Origin: an uncultured Rhodobacter sp. | GTDB taxonomy: Bacteria > Pseudomonadota > Alphaproteobacteria > Rhodobacterales > Rhodobacteraceae | Length of the DNA stretch: 64,000 nucleotides | NCBI GenBank assembly: GCA_964567685.1 | Contig: CAZMNO010000011.1 | Span: forward strand, 1,276 to 65,275 | Reading direction: 5' to 3' | Shown: in pieces, positions 48,675 through 57,571 of the stretch | Position numbering within the stretch: the first letter of the stretch is position 1 | Layout: every line of letters starts with the position of its first letter | Notes under the pieces: model-generated | Seen by the model: the letters and a program-made list of their open reading frames with translations, nothing else | Database searches by the model: none | What the model was told of the DNA's origin: nothing | Made by a program: the position numbers and the translations under genes

Positions 48675-49084
48675 ACGGGCGATCTCCTGTTTCTGAGCGC
48701 TACAGTGGCGGCCCAGGCTATACCGATCCAGACGAGGCTGCGCAAAGCCATTGCGCCCACTGTGCGCATCTCGAAGTTTCCGCCACCCAGAGCATGTATT
48801 CCGAATGCGGCAAACACAGCCAACGTCAACCCGGCAATTGCAAATGCCAGAACCCGCGCCCATTCCTGGGCCCGGAACAACCCCGCCCCGGCCGCCACAT
48901 AGGCAAAGCCCGCAAGGAAATTGAACCAAAGCACGAAGGGCACGTAGTCACCGGCGGCAATCCGCACCGCTTCATCGCCAAAAAGCACGCGGTTGCCGGA
49001 TATCAGCGTCACCGCCCCAAACAGCACAGCAAAGACCGCCAGTCCTTTCAGCGTCAGAGAGGGTATAGTCTTTGCCTCGTCCAT
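48671..49084 (-). CDS. 4-TM membrane protein of unknown function
   Basis: 137-aa ORF with four hydrophobic helices. It sits between the cytochrome-like gene and the TetR gene on the same strand. Confidence 0.6.
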   Translation of the reverse strand: MDEAKTIPSLTLKGLAVFAVLFGAVTLISGNRVLFGDEAVRIAAGDYVPFVLWFNFLAGFAYVAAGAGLFRAQEWARVLAFAIAGLTLAVFAAFGIHALGGGNFEMRTVGAMALRSLVWIGIAWAATVALRNRRSPV

Positions 49085-49096
49085 AAGATCAATCCT

Positions 49097-49567
49097 TCAT
49101 TCAGTCTCGATTTTCAGTTGATATCCGGCGTGACATGACGTGCATTTTTCCAGCAAAGCCCCCAGTTTCCTCTGGATCTCCTTACCGTCGCCCATATCTG
49201 CAGCTTCCTGCCCCAGATCATCAAACGCCTTGTGCATCGACATGCCCAGCGCTTTGAAATCCAGCGGAAGCTTCGCCAGCATTGCCGGTGATTCAGCCCG
49301 CGCTGCGGCCATGCCAACAGAATGGGCGGTTGCGGTTACGGACTCCATGTCCTCGTCGACAAGTGCCACTGTAATGGTCTGAACCGCTTCCAGAAGACCG
49401 CGCATTTCACCCAGCACCTTGTTATGTTCAGCCGGTGAAAGCAGCACGGCGGTGCGCCCATCCTCGCCCTCTTCCACAGCGCCCTGCACCAGAAAAACAT
49501 AGGCCATCCCCACCATCAGGATGACTGAAACACCGGTAACAGCCCAACAAAACTTGCAGTTCTTCAT
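49097..49567 (-). CDS. Membrane-anchored class-II (cytochrome c'/c556-like) cytochrome c candidate
   Basis: 156-aa ORF with an N-terminal TM anchor (VTGVSVILMVGMAYVFLV), a helical body and a single CxxCH heme motif (CTSCH) ~10 residues from the C-terminus, as in four-helix-bundle class II cytochromes c. Confidence 0.6.
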   Translation of the reverse strand: MKNCKFCWAVTGVSVILMVGMAYVFLVQGAVEEGEDGRTAVLLSPAEHNKVLGEMRGLLEAVQTITVALVDEDMESVTATAHSVGMAAARAESPAMLAKLPLDFKALGMSMHKAFDDLGQEAADMGDGKEIQRKLGALLEKCTSCHAGYQLKIETE

Positions 49568-49589
49568 CTAACTCACTCCAGATTGATTT

Positions 49590-49602
49590 CACTAAGTTAG
49601 TG
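49590..49602. promoter_or_regulatory. AT-rich perfect palindrome CACTAA-G-TTAGTG upstream of the cytochrome/4-TM/TetR operon (candidate TetR operator)
   Basis: It lies 23 nt upstream of the ATG at 49567. It is followed by a second imperfect palindrome, TAGTGATTA-ctagctaac-TAATCAACTA (49598-49625). Confidence 0.35.
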
Positions 49603-49736
49603 ATTACTAGCTAACTAATCAACTACTGTCAATGTCTCCGGAAAACCGGATAGCGACCATAACCGATCCGCAGCAATGGCCGTGATTCATAAAAATTGGG
49701 CTTTCATATCCCAAAATTGCATCTATAGTGCGGCGC

Positions 49737-49863
49737 ATGACAATTTGCGCACATATCACCCCACCGGCACCCGCCGTCCGGCCTATTGCTGCGCTACTCC
49801 TTCTTAGCCGCCTCTGAGCGTGCCTGTCCTGGCGCGCCCGCTCAGAGGGATTGAAATCGCGCC
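49737..49863 (+). promoter_or_regulatory. Candidate leuA leader: 26-codon Leu-rich leader ORF plus mutually exclusive hairpins
   Basis: ATG 49737 to TGA 49815-49817 encodes MTICAHITPPAPAVRPIAALLLLSRL. There is a 10-bp hairpin (49811-49820 with 49839-49848) and an alternative GGCGCG (49831-49836) with CGCGCC (49858-49863) pairing. Confidence 0.5.
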
Positions 49864-49902
49864 TCAATGACAGATAAAAGCTAAGAACAACGAGATAACA
49901 CC

Positions 49903-51462
49903 ATGACGAAAAACGAAAAATCCGATCAGGATCGTGTCCTGATATTTGACACAACGCTGCGTGATGGCGAGCAAAGCCCCGGCGCGACCATGTCCCATGA
50001 CGAAAAACTGGAAATCGCCAGCCTGCTTGACGATATGGGGGTTGATATTATCGAAGCGGGTTTTCCCATTGCCTCTGACGGGGATTTTCAGGCCGTCAGC
50101 GAAATCGCCAGAAACTCGGTCAATTCCGTCATCTGCGGCCTGTCACGGGCCAATTACAAAGATATCGATCGCTGCTGGGAGGCGGTACGCCACGCAAATC
50201 GCCCGCGCATCCACACCTTTATCGGCACCTCGCCCTTGCACCGTGACATCCCGAAACTCAACAAGGATGAGATGGCCGAGCTCATTCACGATACGGTCAG
50301 CCACGCCCGCAATCTCTGCGACAACGTGCAATGGTCGCCGATGGATGCCACAAGAACCGAGCATGATTATCTCTGCCGTGTTGTGGAAATCGCCATCAAG
50401 GCCGGTGCCACGACGATCAACATCCCCGATACCGTCGGCTACACCGCCCCGCGCGAAAGCGCCGATCTGATCGCGATGCTCTTGGAAAAGGTGCCGGGGG
50501 CGGATGAGGTCGTCTTTTCAACCCATTGCCACAATGATCTGGGCATGGCAACCGCCAACGCCCTCGCCGCAGTCGAAGCGGGTGCACGACAAATCGAATG
50601 CACGATCAATGGCTTAGGCGAACGTGCCGGCAACACGGCACTGGAAGAAGTGGTTATGGCGATGAAGGTCAGGCACGACATATTGCCTTATCAAACCGGC
50701 ATCGACACCACCAAGATCATTCAGGCCAGCCGCATGGTTGCCACCGTGTCAGGCTTTCCGGTGCAGTTCAACAAGGCCATTGTCGGCAAGAACGCCTTTG
50801 CCCATGAAAGCGGCATCCATCAGGACGGCATGCTGAAAAACGCCGAAACCTTCGAGATCATGCGCCCTGAAGATATCGGCCTTTCTGAAACCAATCTGGT
50901 GATGGGCAAACATTCCGGTCGCGCCGCCTTGCGCGCCAAGCTGAGTGAACTTGGCTATGAAATGGGTGACAACCAGCTCAAAGACGTCTTCGTGCGCTTC
51001 AAGGAACTGGCGGATCGCAAGAAAGAGGTGTTCGACGAAGATCTGGTCGCACTGATGACCGACAGCGCCACCAATGCGGCCAATGATTATATGCAGATCA
51101 AATCGCTGAAAGTCATCTGCGGCACCGAAGGCCCGCAATCCGCGGATCTGACGCTGATGATAGACGGCACCGATCACTCGGTTTCAGCCACCGGCGACGG
51201 GCCGGTCGATGCGACCTTCAACGCAGTGAAAGCGCTGTTTCAACACGAGGCGCAATTGCAGCTTTATCAGGTTCAGGCGGTCACCGAAGGCACCGACGCG
51301 CAGGCGACAGTCAGCGTGCGGATGGAGGAAAACGGCAAGATCGTCACCGGACAAAGCTCGGATACCGACACGGTTGTCGCCTCGGCCAAGGCATATGTGA
51401 ACGCGCTCAACAAGCTTCTGGTAAGGCGCGAAAAGTCGGCTCCGCAAGCGGAAAGCGCGTGA
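49903..51462 (+). CDS. leuA: 2-isopropylmalate synthase
   Basis: 519-aa ORF with IFDTTLRDGEQSPG, HCHNDLGMATAN and a C-terminal LeuA dimerisation/regulatory domain. Confidence 0.95.
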   Translation: MTKNEKSDQDRVLIFDTTLRDGEQSPGATMSHDEKLEIASLLDDMGVDIIEAGFPIASDGDFQAVSEIARNSVNSVICGLSRANYKDIDRCWEAVRHANRPRIHTFIGTSPLHRDIPKLNKDEMAELIHDTVSHARNLCDNVQWSPMDATRTEHDYLCRVVEIAIKAGATTINIPDTVGYTAPRESADLIAMLLEKVPGADEVVFSTHCHNDLGMATANALAAVEAGARQIECTINGLGERAGNTALEEVVMAMKVRHDILPYQTGIDTTKIIQASRMVATVSGFPVQFNKAIVGKNAFAHESGIHQDGMLKNAETFEIMRPEDIGLSETNLVMGKHSGRAALRAKLSELGYEMGDNQLKDVFVRFKELADRKKEVFDEDLVALMTDSATNAANDYMQIKSLKVICGTEGPQSADLTLMIDGTDHSVSATGDGPVDATFNAVKALFQHEAQLQLYQVQAVTEGTDAQATVSVRMEENGKIVTGQSSDTDTVVASAKAYVNALNKLLVRREKSAPQAESA

Positions 51463-51669
51463 GGTATTAGGGCTTTTTTAGCTGGCGTTTTTGCTTTTGC
51501 TGAGTTGGTCATTTTTGCCCTGGAGCAAATGCCGGATGATTTAGCCACTGAGCCGCGCATTGACGACGCGCGCGGGGGCGATGCAACACTGGTGTGCTGG
51601 CACTTTATGCCGATCAAGCGCGTGCCACTTTCCAGCGTTCCGCAAACCTCGGCCAATCGCCGCCGCGAG

Positions 51670-51715
51670 GGTGCGCGTCGGCGATGCGCGGCGGGCTTCG
51701 CCCTTTGTCCCGCGC
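51670..51715 (+). repeat. 46-nt structured intergenic repeat, copy B
   Basis: ggtgcgcgtcggcgatGCGCGGcGGGCttcGCCCtttgtcCCGCGC has nested stems GCGCGG/CCGCGC and GGGC/GCCC. It lies in the leuA / phosphomannomutase convergent intergenic region. Confidence 0.7.
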
Positions 51716-51807
51716 GGGCGCGCTTTTCCAAACGGTAGCTCGGAGTCAAGATCGACCGATGCGCCAGCCAGATGGATAAATCGAAAGGGCTGTTGGTAAA
51801 ACATACA

Positions 51808-53304
51808 TCAAAGCGTCTGGTCGTAATCTCCGACCGATGGCTCGGTGCGAATGACCGCATCAAGATCGGCAAAAATTGCCCGCAGTTCCGCCTCGCTTTC
51901 CGGGCTTTCGCAAACCACCACCAGATTGGGTGTATTGGACGAGGCGCGCACCAGCCCCCAGCCGCCATTGTCCAGAATAACCCGCGACCCGTTGACCGTG
52001 ACCACCCGTTCGATCTTGCGCCCTCCAAGGCTGCCGCCACCTTCAAACCGCGCCACCAGCTTGCCGACCAGCCGTTCAAGCACATCGTATTTCTCGGTAT
52101 CCGGGCAGAAGGGCGACATGGTCGGGCTGGAAAAGGTTTTCGGCAGCGCTTTCCTGAGATCGGACATTTTCATATCCGGGTTGCGGTCCATCAGCTTGCA
52201 AAGCTCAACCGCCACCCGCATGCCACAATCATATCCCCGGCCGACGGGTTCGGCCAAAAAGTAATGCCCGGACTTTTCAAACCCCGCCAGAGCACCAATT
52301 TCCTTGACCCGGCGCTTCATGTGGCTGTGCCCGGTCTTCCAGTAATCCGCCTTCACATCAAGCGCCTTCAATTCCGGGTCCGAGGCAAACAGCCCGGTGG
52401 ATTTCACATCCGCCACAAAGGTTGATCCCGGATAAAGCTTGGCCAGATCGCGGGCCATGATAACACCCACCTTGTCGGCAAAAATCTCTTCGCCCTCGTC
52501 ATCGACAACCCCACAACGATCGCCGTCGCCATCAAATCCCAGCGCCATATCTGCACCCGAGGCCTTAACGCTTGCCGCCATATCATGCAGCATTTCCATC
52601 GCTTCGGGGTTGGGGTTGTAATGGGGAAAGGTGTAATCCAGCTCGTTATGGCTCGGCACCACTTCCACCCCGATCCGCTCCAGCACATAAGGTGCAAAGG
52701 CTGATGCGGTGCCATTGCCGGTGGCGCAAACAACCTTGAGCTTGCGCGACATTTTGAAATCGCCGCACAGATCATCAAGATAAGCGTAATAAACCCCGTC
52801 AACGCGCTCGCAACGTCCGCCTTCACGGGCGATGCCTTCGCCATTCAGTACAATATCTCGCAAACGACTCATCTCATCCGGCCCATGGGTCAGCGGGCGT
52901 TCAAACCCCATCTTGACCCCTGTCCAGCCGTTCGGATTATGGCTCGCCGTTACCATCGCCACGGCAGGCGCATCCAGATGGAACTGGCTGAAATAGGCCA
53001 TCGGCGACAGCGCAGGGCCGATATCCTTGACCGTGATCCCGGCCTGAATGAGCCCCAGCATCAGGGCGTTTTTGATGGTTAGGGAATAGTCGCGATAATC
53101 ATTGCCCACGGCGATGACCGGCTCGATGCCAACCTCAAACATCTGCGTGCCAAGCCCCAGACCCAGCGCCGTCATGCCCGGCAGATTGATCTCGTCGGGG
53201 TATTTCCAGCGCGCGTCATATTCACGAAACCCGGTTGGTGTAATCATCGGTTCGCGCAGGAATTCCCAACTGTTCTGCGCCACCTGGTCGAGGGGTTTGG
53301 TCAA
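51808..53304 (-). CDS. Phosphomannomutase/phosphoglucomutase
   Basis: 498-aa ORF with a TTG start at 53304 preceded by GGAGA. Active-site TASHNPNGWTGVKM, metal loop GFDGDGDRCG and sugar-binding loop GFEKSGH. Confidence 0.9.
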   Translation of the reverse strand: MTKPLDQVAQNSWEFLREPMITPTGFREYDARWKYPDEINLPGMTALGLGLGTQMFEVGIEPVIAVGNDYRDYSLTIKNALMLGLIQAGITVKDIGPALSPMAYFSQFHLDAPAVAMVTASHNPNGWTGVKMGFERPLTHGPDEMSRLRDIVLNGEGIAREGGRCERVDGVYYAYLDDLCGDFKMSRKLKVVCATGNGTASAFAPYVLERIGVEVVPSHNELDYTFPHYNPNPEAMEMLHDMAASVKASGADMALGFDGDGDRCGVVDDEGEEIFADKVGVIMARDLAKLYPGSTFVADVKSTGLFASDPELKALDVKADYWKTGHSHMKRRVKEIGALAGFEKSGHYFLAEPVGRGYDCGMRVAVELCKLMDRNPDMKMSDLRKALPKTFSSPTMSPFCPDTEKYDVLERLVGKLVARFEGGGSLGGRKIERVVTVNGSRVILDNGGWGLVRASSNTPNLVVVCESPESEAELRAIFADLDAVIRTEPSVGDYDQTL

Positions 53305-53328
53305 AACTCTATCTCCGAAAAAGCGGGT

Positions 53329-54162
53329 TCAGATTGAAATCGGGTTTGCTTTCGCCAGCCGGTCAAACGCCATCAGGCTATCGATCAACGCCGGCATCTG
53401 ATCAAGATATATCATATTGGGCCCATCACAGGGGGCGTTGTCGGGATCCTCGTGCGTTTCGGCAAAGACAGCGGCAATGCCCAGTGAAACAGCGGCGCGG
53501 GCCATCACCTGCGCAAATTCCCTCTGCCCGCCGGACGACCCGCCTCTGCCACCCGGTTGCTGCACGGAATGGGTTGCATCCATCACAACCGGATATCCAT
53601 CAGCTGCCATTTGCGGCAGACCGCGCATATCAACGACCAGTGTGTTATACCCAAACGAGCTGCCACGTTCGCAAAGCATGATCCTGTCATTTCCGGTAGA
53701 GGCGATTTTTGCCGCGACATTCGGCATTTCCCAGGGCGCCAGGAACTGCCCCTTTTTTACATTGATCGCCGCCCCGGTATTACCTGCGGCCAGCAACAAA
53801 TCGGTCTGGCGACACAAAAACGCCGGGATCTGCAAAACATCCACAACATCGGCAACATCAGCGCATTGATCGGGCGCGTGCACATCGGTCAGAACCGGCA
53901 CCCCAATCGCGCTTTTAACCTCGCCCAGCGCCTTGAGACCCTGATCAATCCCAAGGCCGCGCTTGCCCGAAAGCGATGTCCGGTTGGCCTTGTCAAAGGA
54001 ACTTTTGAATATGTAACCCGCCCCGGCCGCGTCACAGGCTTCCTTCATGGTCCCGGCAATCATCTGGGCGTGATCCACACTTTCCAATTCGCAAGGGCCT
54101 GCGATCAGCGTCAAAGGCCGGTCATTGCCGATCTTCAGCGCCCCTATTTCAACTGTTTTCAT
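53329..54162 (-). CDS. kdsA: 3-deoxy-8-phosphooctulonate (KDO-8-P) synthase
   Basis: 277-aa ORF with LIAGPCELES, FKSSFDKANRTS and QIPAFLCRQTDLL motifs. Confidence 0.95.
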   Translation of the reverse strand: MKTVEIGALKIGNDRPLTLIAGPCELESVDHAQMIAGTMKEACDAAGAGYIFKSSFDKANRTSLSGKRGLGIDQGLKALGEVKSAIGVPVLTDVHAPDQCADVADVVDVLQIPAFLCRQTDLLLAAGNTGAAINVKKGQFLAPWEMPNVAAKIASTGNDRIMLCERGSSFGYNTLVVDMRGLPQMAADGYPVVMDATHSVQQPGGRGGSSGGQREFAQVMARAAVSLGIAAVFAETHEDPDNAPCDGPNMIYLDQMPALIDSLMAFDRLAKANPISI

Positions 54163-54165
54163 CGT

Positions 54166-55773
54166 CTAAGCCGTGATTTGTTCGCGCAGGATGGAGGCCG
54201 TCAGGCTCGCCATCAGGTAAATACCGCCAAATATCAGAAATGCCAGCAGCGTATTTTCAAAAGCGCGTGGATAGGTGGCCTCATCCGGTGCAACCGGTCT
54301 AACGCCAAGCGACAGATACCGGGTTTGCCGGTTGGCTTCGATCCTTGCGGTTTCAAGTTGCTGCAATGACTGGCTCAGCATCAGTTGCCGAGTCGCCACA
54401 TCGGCCTGTGCGATCACCAGTTCACCCTGAGTCTTTGCAATCGACGCCGTCTCGCTGGAGCTTTCCGTTAGCGCCCCGCGTTTGTCGGCAATCATCGTTT
54501 CCAGTCTGACTATGCTGCGCTCTACAATATCAACTTTCGTTCTGTTCGGGCGTGTGTTGTCCATCAATTCAGCCAGTTCAAGCCGTTTGGTGCTAAGATC
54601 GAGTTCCAGCGTGCTGATCTGCTGCATTTGAAGCGCCAGTTCGCTTTCTGCACTGACCACACCACGCTGTTCCTGAAGTTGCAACACCCGCATGTTAGCT
54701 TCGGTCAGCTTCCGCTCGGCCTCATCATAGCTTTCGCGCGCGCCTTTCATCTGGTCCTCGCGCAGGCGCTGGGTCAACTGGTCAACCTGTTGCTCGGCAT
54801 AGCTGATCAGGGCCTGGGAAAACACCCGGCTGGCATCCGGCGAGGCAGCGACAACCTCCATCTTGATGATACCCTCGGTCGGGTCATAGCCGATTTTCAC
54901 CCGTTTCTGATAAATCCGGTAAGCCGCCTCGTTACTGCCTGAAGGGTCAAGCCGCTGGATCGTATCGATATGCGCCTGCTGGAAATGCGCCTTGAACCCA
55001 TGATCGCGGTCAAGCCGCATCATCGCATCGCGCGAATTCAGATAACTCTGAACGGTGATTGAATCCTGTGTCGTGGCAAAGCTGGTTCCGGCAAACATCC
55101 CGCCGAGCCCTGACGCGGTGGCATTGTCCGATTGCTGGATGACAAATTCAGACTTGGTCGCGTACATCGGGGTGGCGATGCTGTAATAGTAAAAGCCTGC
55201 CAGAAATGTCGGCACAAAGACGAAAAATGCCAGCTTGATCGCCAGCAGCCCCAGACGCCGGCGTCGGCGTTTGGCCAGATCGCGCTGAATCTTCTGCACG
55301 GCACCCGCCCGCTCATCAGGGCTCAGCACATGCGGTGAGGGCGGTGGCACATGCCGGATCGCAGCCGGCAGATTTTGCGGCGCATCGCCCTCATCGGAAA
55401 CCACAAGCTCCAGAAGGTCGCTTTTCTTGAAGGGATCAAATCCGTTCTTGCGCAAAAGCCGCACCGCATCGAGATCGGATGAGGGGTTGAGCCCGTGTTT
55501 CTGCGCCTCGCGCCGGGCAACGCGCAACTGCCGCCCGGTCAGGTTCTCGCGCTTGATCTCCTCGATCTCTTCGCGCGGCGTCAGAAACGATGCTTCTTCT
55601 TCAGAAAGGCTTTGCCGCGCCCGCTGCCGGCTGTCTTCAATTCTGCCGTCCACGACTTCGGCCTGTTCGGCTTCGCGCGCATTGCCGTGCTGTCCGCCCC
55701 GATCCGGGCCGGTCACGCCGCCGCCTGAATTGCGCCGTATGCGAAATTTCTTAGCTCTGGGCTTCATAGTCAT
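54166..55773 (-). CDS. kpsE: Capsule polysaccharide export inner-membrane protein (KpsE/RkpR-like, PCP-3 family) with a long basic N-terminal extension
   Basis: ~535 aa with one TM after ~190 aa, a long coiled-coil periplasmic region and a C-terminal TM (LLAFLIFGGIYLMASL). The start is ambiguous (ATG 55773 or 55767). It overlaps the kpsT stop. Confidence 0.75.
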   Translation of the reverse strand: MTMKPRAKKFRIRRNSGGGVTGPDRGGQHGNAREAEQAEVVDGRIEDSRQRARQSLSEEEASFLTPREEIEEIKRENLTGRQLRVARREAQKHGLNPSSDLDAVRLLRKNGFDPFKKSDLLELVVSDEGDAPQNLPAAIRHVPPPSPHVLSPDERAGAVQKIQRDLAKRRRRRLGLLAIKLAFFVFVPTFLAGFYYYSIATPMYATKSEFVIQQSDNATASGLGGMFAGTSFATTQDSITVQSYLNSRDAMMRLDRDHGFKAHFQQAHIDTIQRLDPSGSNEAAYRIYQKRVKIGYDPTEGIIKMEVVAASPDASRVFSQALISYAEQQVDQLTQRLREDQMKGARESYDEAERKLTEANMRVLQLQEQRGVVSAESELALQMQQISTLELDLSTKRLELAELMDNTRPNRTKVDIVERSIVRLETMIADKRGALTESSSETASIAKTQGELVIAQADVATRQLMLSQSLQQLETARIEANRQTRYLSLGVRPVAPDEATYPRAFENTLLAFLIFGGIYLMASLTASILREQITA

Positions 55774-56410
55774 ACAACAGCTTTGCTTCTTCCAGTGTGT
55801 CAAACATGATCAGCTTGCCATCCCTAAGAACGGCGGCCGAGCGACAATATTTTTCCAGCGTTTTCGCCTGATGCGATACAATGATAACCGTGGAACTTGC
55901 CAGCCTGTCCTGCAGGATGGATCCGGCCTTGCGGTTAAACTCCACATCCGTGGTGCTGGGCATACCTTCATCGATCAGGTAAATGTCAAATTCCAGCGCC
56001 AGCATCAGGGCAAACGAAAAGCGGGCGCGCATGCCGGCGGAATAGGTGCCGACCGGCATATCGAAATATTCGTCAATCGCCACAAGATACCGGCAAAACG
56101 CTTCAACGTAGTCCGGGTCAAGGCCGTAGAGCCTCGCAATATAGCGCGAGTTTTCGGTTGCGGTGTGCTTGCTGACCACCCCGCCCATGAATCCCAGCGG
56201 AAAAGATATGCGCGATTTGCGTAAAATCTGCCCTTCATCGGGCTTTTCCAGCCCCGCCATCATGTTGATGATTGTGGTCTTGCCGGTGCCGTTGGGTGCC
56301 AGAATTCCCATCGAATACCCCAAATCCACGCGAAACGACGCCTGATCAAGAATGACCTTGCGCTTTTTACCCGTCCAGAAGGACTTGGAGACATTCACAA
56401 ATTCCAGCAC
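55751..56410 (-). CDS. kpsT: Capsule polysaccharide export ABC transporter ATP-binding protein
   Basis: Walker A GILAPNGTGKTT, signature YSAGMRARF and Walker B IYLIDE. The track start is GTG 56455. The GTG at 56410 (MLEFVNVSKSF) gives the usual ~219-aa KpsT length. Confidence 0.85.
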   Translation of the reverse strand: MLEFVNVSKSFWTGKKRKVILDQASFRVDLGYSMGILAPNGTGKTTIINMMAGLEKPDEGQILRKSRISFPLGFMGGVVSKHTATENSRYIARLYGLDPDYVEAFCRYLVAIDEYFDMPVGTYSAGMRARFSFALMLALEFDIYLIDEGMPSTTDVEFNRKAGSILQDRLASSTVIIVSHQAKTLEKYCRSAAVLRDGKLIMFDTLEEAKLLYDYEAQS

Positions 56411-56795
56411 TGAGAATAATCCCGCTCTTATTTTTGTCGCCTGCTTTGATAGCACAGGCTTGTGAGTCAGATACTAACACACGCGCTGGGCGTGGGATGA
56501 ACCCGTTCCCGATACTATGTGGGCGAAGCACCCCGTCTTGCAACCATATTCCTAAACTGTGGCACCATTTGGGCCACGCACAGGCGATGAGGCAACAGGT
56601 GGTAGCCCCTCGATCACCAAAGATGTCCGGCGCAAGCTCCTTTTCAACCGGGAAAAGCGAAGATTCCGCTGGAATTATTGTGGTTGAGATATGTACACTG
56701 GGGCCATTCCTAATTATGTTGCCGCGCAATCTAATCGCCCGGTCCGACAATGCCGCGCGATTAATCTGGGGAAGTCAAATGGCTGGTGAAATCGG

Positions 56796-57278
56796 GTGCG
56801 GACAGTAGCTTCGGGGATAGGTCTGTTTGCGCTGTGGCTGTTGATGTCTGGCATCTACAAGCCTTTGATCATCGGGTTTGGCATCGCCTCGGTGCTCATC
56901 GTGATCTTTGTCACCAATCGCATGGACAAGGTCGATGGCGACCGCATTGAAATGCGCCTTCATCCGTTCAGGTTTATTGGCTATTTAGCTTGGCTTCTGG
57001 TTGAAATCGCCAAAGCGAACTGGGCTGTTACCCGCATCATCCTGTCGCCGAAAATGCCGATCCGCCAGCATCTGTTCGCTGTGCCCTATTCACAGAAATC
57101 CGATCTCGGGCAGGTCATCTTCGCCAATTCGATTACTCTGACACCCGGGACTATATCGGTTGAAACCGAGCCCGGGCATTTTCTGGTGCATGCAGTAGCC
57201 TATTCCGAAGACGACCACGAGGCTCTTGCGGGTATGGACCGACGGGTTTCTGCGGTGGAAACAGGTGACAAATCATGA
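56796..57278 (+). CDS. mrpE: Mrp/Mnh-type cation:proton antiporter subunit E
   Basis: 160-aa ORF with a GTG start. LLMSG...ANWAVTRIIL...ANSITLTPGTISV is typical of MnhE/MrpE. Confidence 0.85.
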   Translation: MRTVASGIGLFALWLLMSGIYKPLIIGFGIASVLIVIFVTNRMDKVDGDRIEMRLHPFRFIGYLAWLLVEIAKANWAVTRIILSPKMPIRQHLFAVPYSQKSDLGQVIFANSITLTPGTISVETEPGHFLVHAVAYSEDDHEALAGMDRRVSAVETGDKS

Positions 57279-57571
57279 TGTTCGCTGTCGCCGCAATTGC
57301 CGTCTTCATCGCCATGGCTTTGATCATGGTTCGCCTTGTCGCTGGCCCGACGCTTTATGACCGGGTGCTCGCCGTCAACCTGTTCGGCACCCATACTGTG
57401 ATTTTCATCGGCATCATCGGCTTTCTGACGGGACGGCCTGATTTTCTGGATATCGCCCTGCTCTATGCCCTGATCAATTTCGTCGGCACCATCGCAATCC
57501 TGAAATTCTTCCGCTACCGCGCCATTGGCGACATCCCGCGTGGTGATGCGGAAAGCGAGGTCGGATCATGA
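57275..57571 (+). CDS. mrpF: Mrp/Mnh-type antiporter subunit F
   Basis: 98-aa 3-TM ORF with GPTLYDRVLAVNLFGT (MrpF signature region). 4-bp overlap with mrpE. Confidence 0.85.
   Translation: MMFAVAAIAVFIAMALIMVRLVAGPTLYDRVLAVNLFGTHTVIFIGIIGFLTGRPDFLDIALLYALINFVGTIAILKFFRYRAIGDIPRGDAESEVGS

Noticed and set aside
48675-48929. 85-aa Cys/Gly-rich N-terminal extension of the TetR ORF
   Set aside because: It fully overlaps the upstream 4-TM gene in another frame and precedes the HTH by far more than is usual for TetR proteins. The TTG at 48674, overlapping the upstream stop, is the more plausible start.
51273-52085. 270-aa minus-strand ORF spanning the leuA 3' end, the intergenic repeat and the phosphomannomutase 3' end
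   Set aside because: It overlaps two well-supported genes and an intergenic repeat, and its composition is Arg/Ala/Ser-rich. It is not coding.
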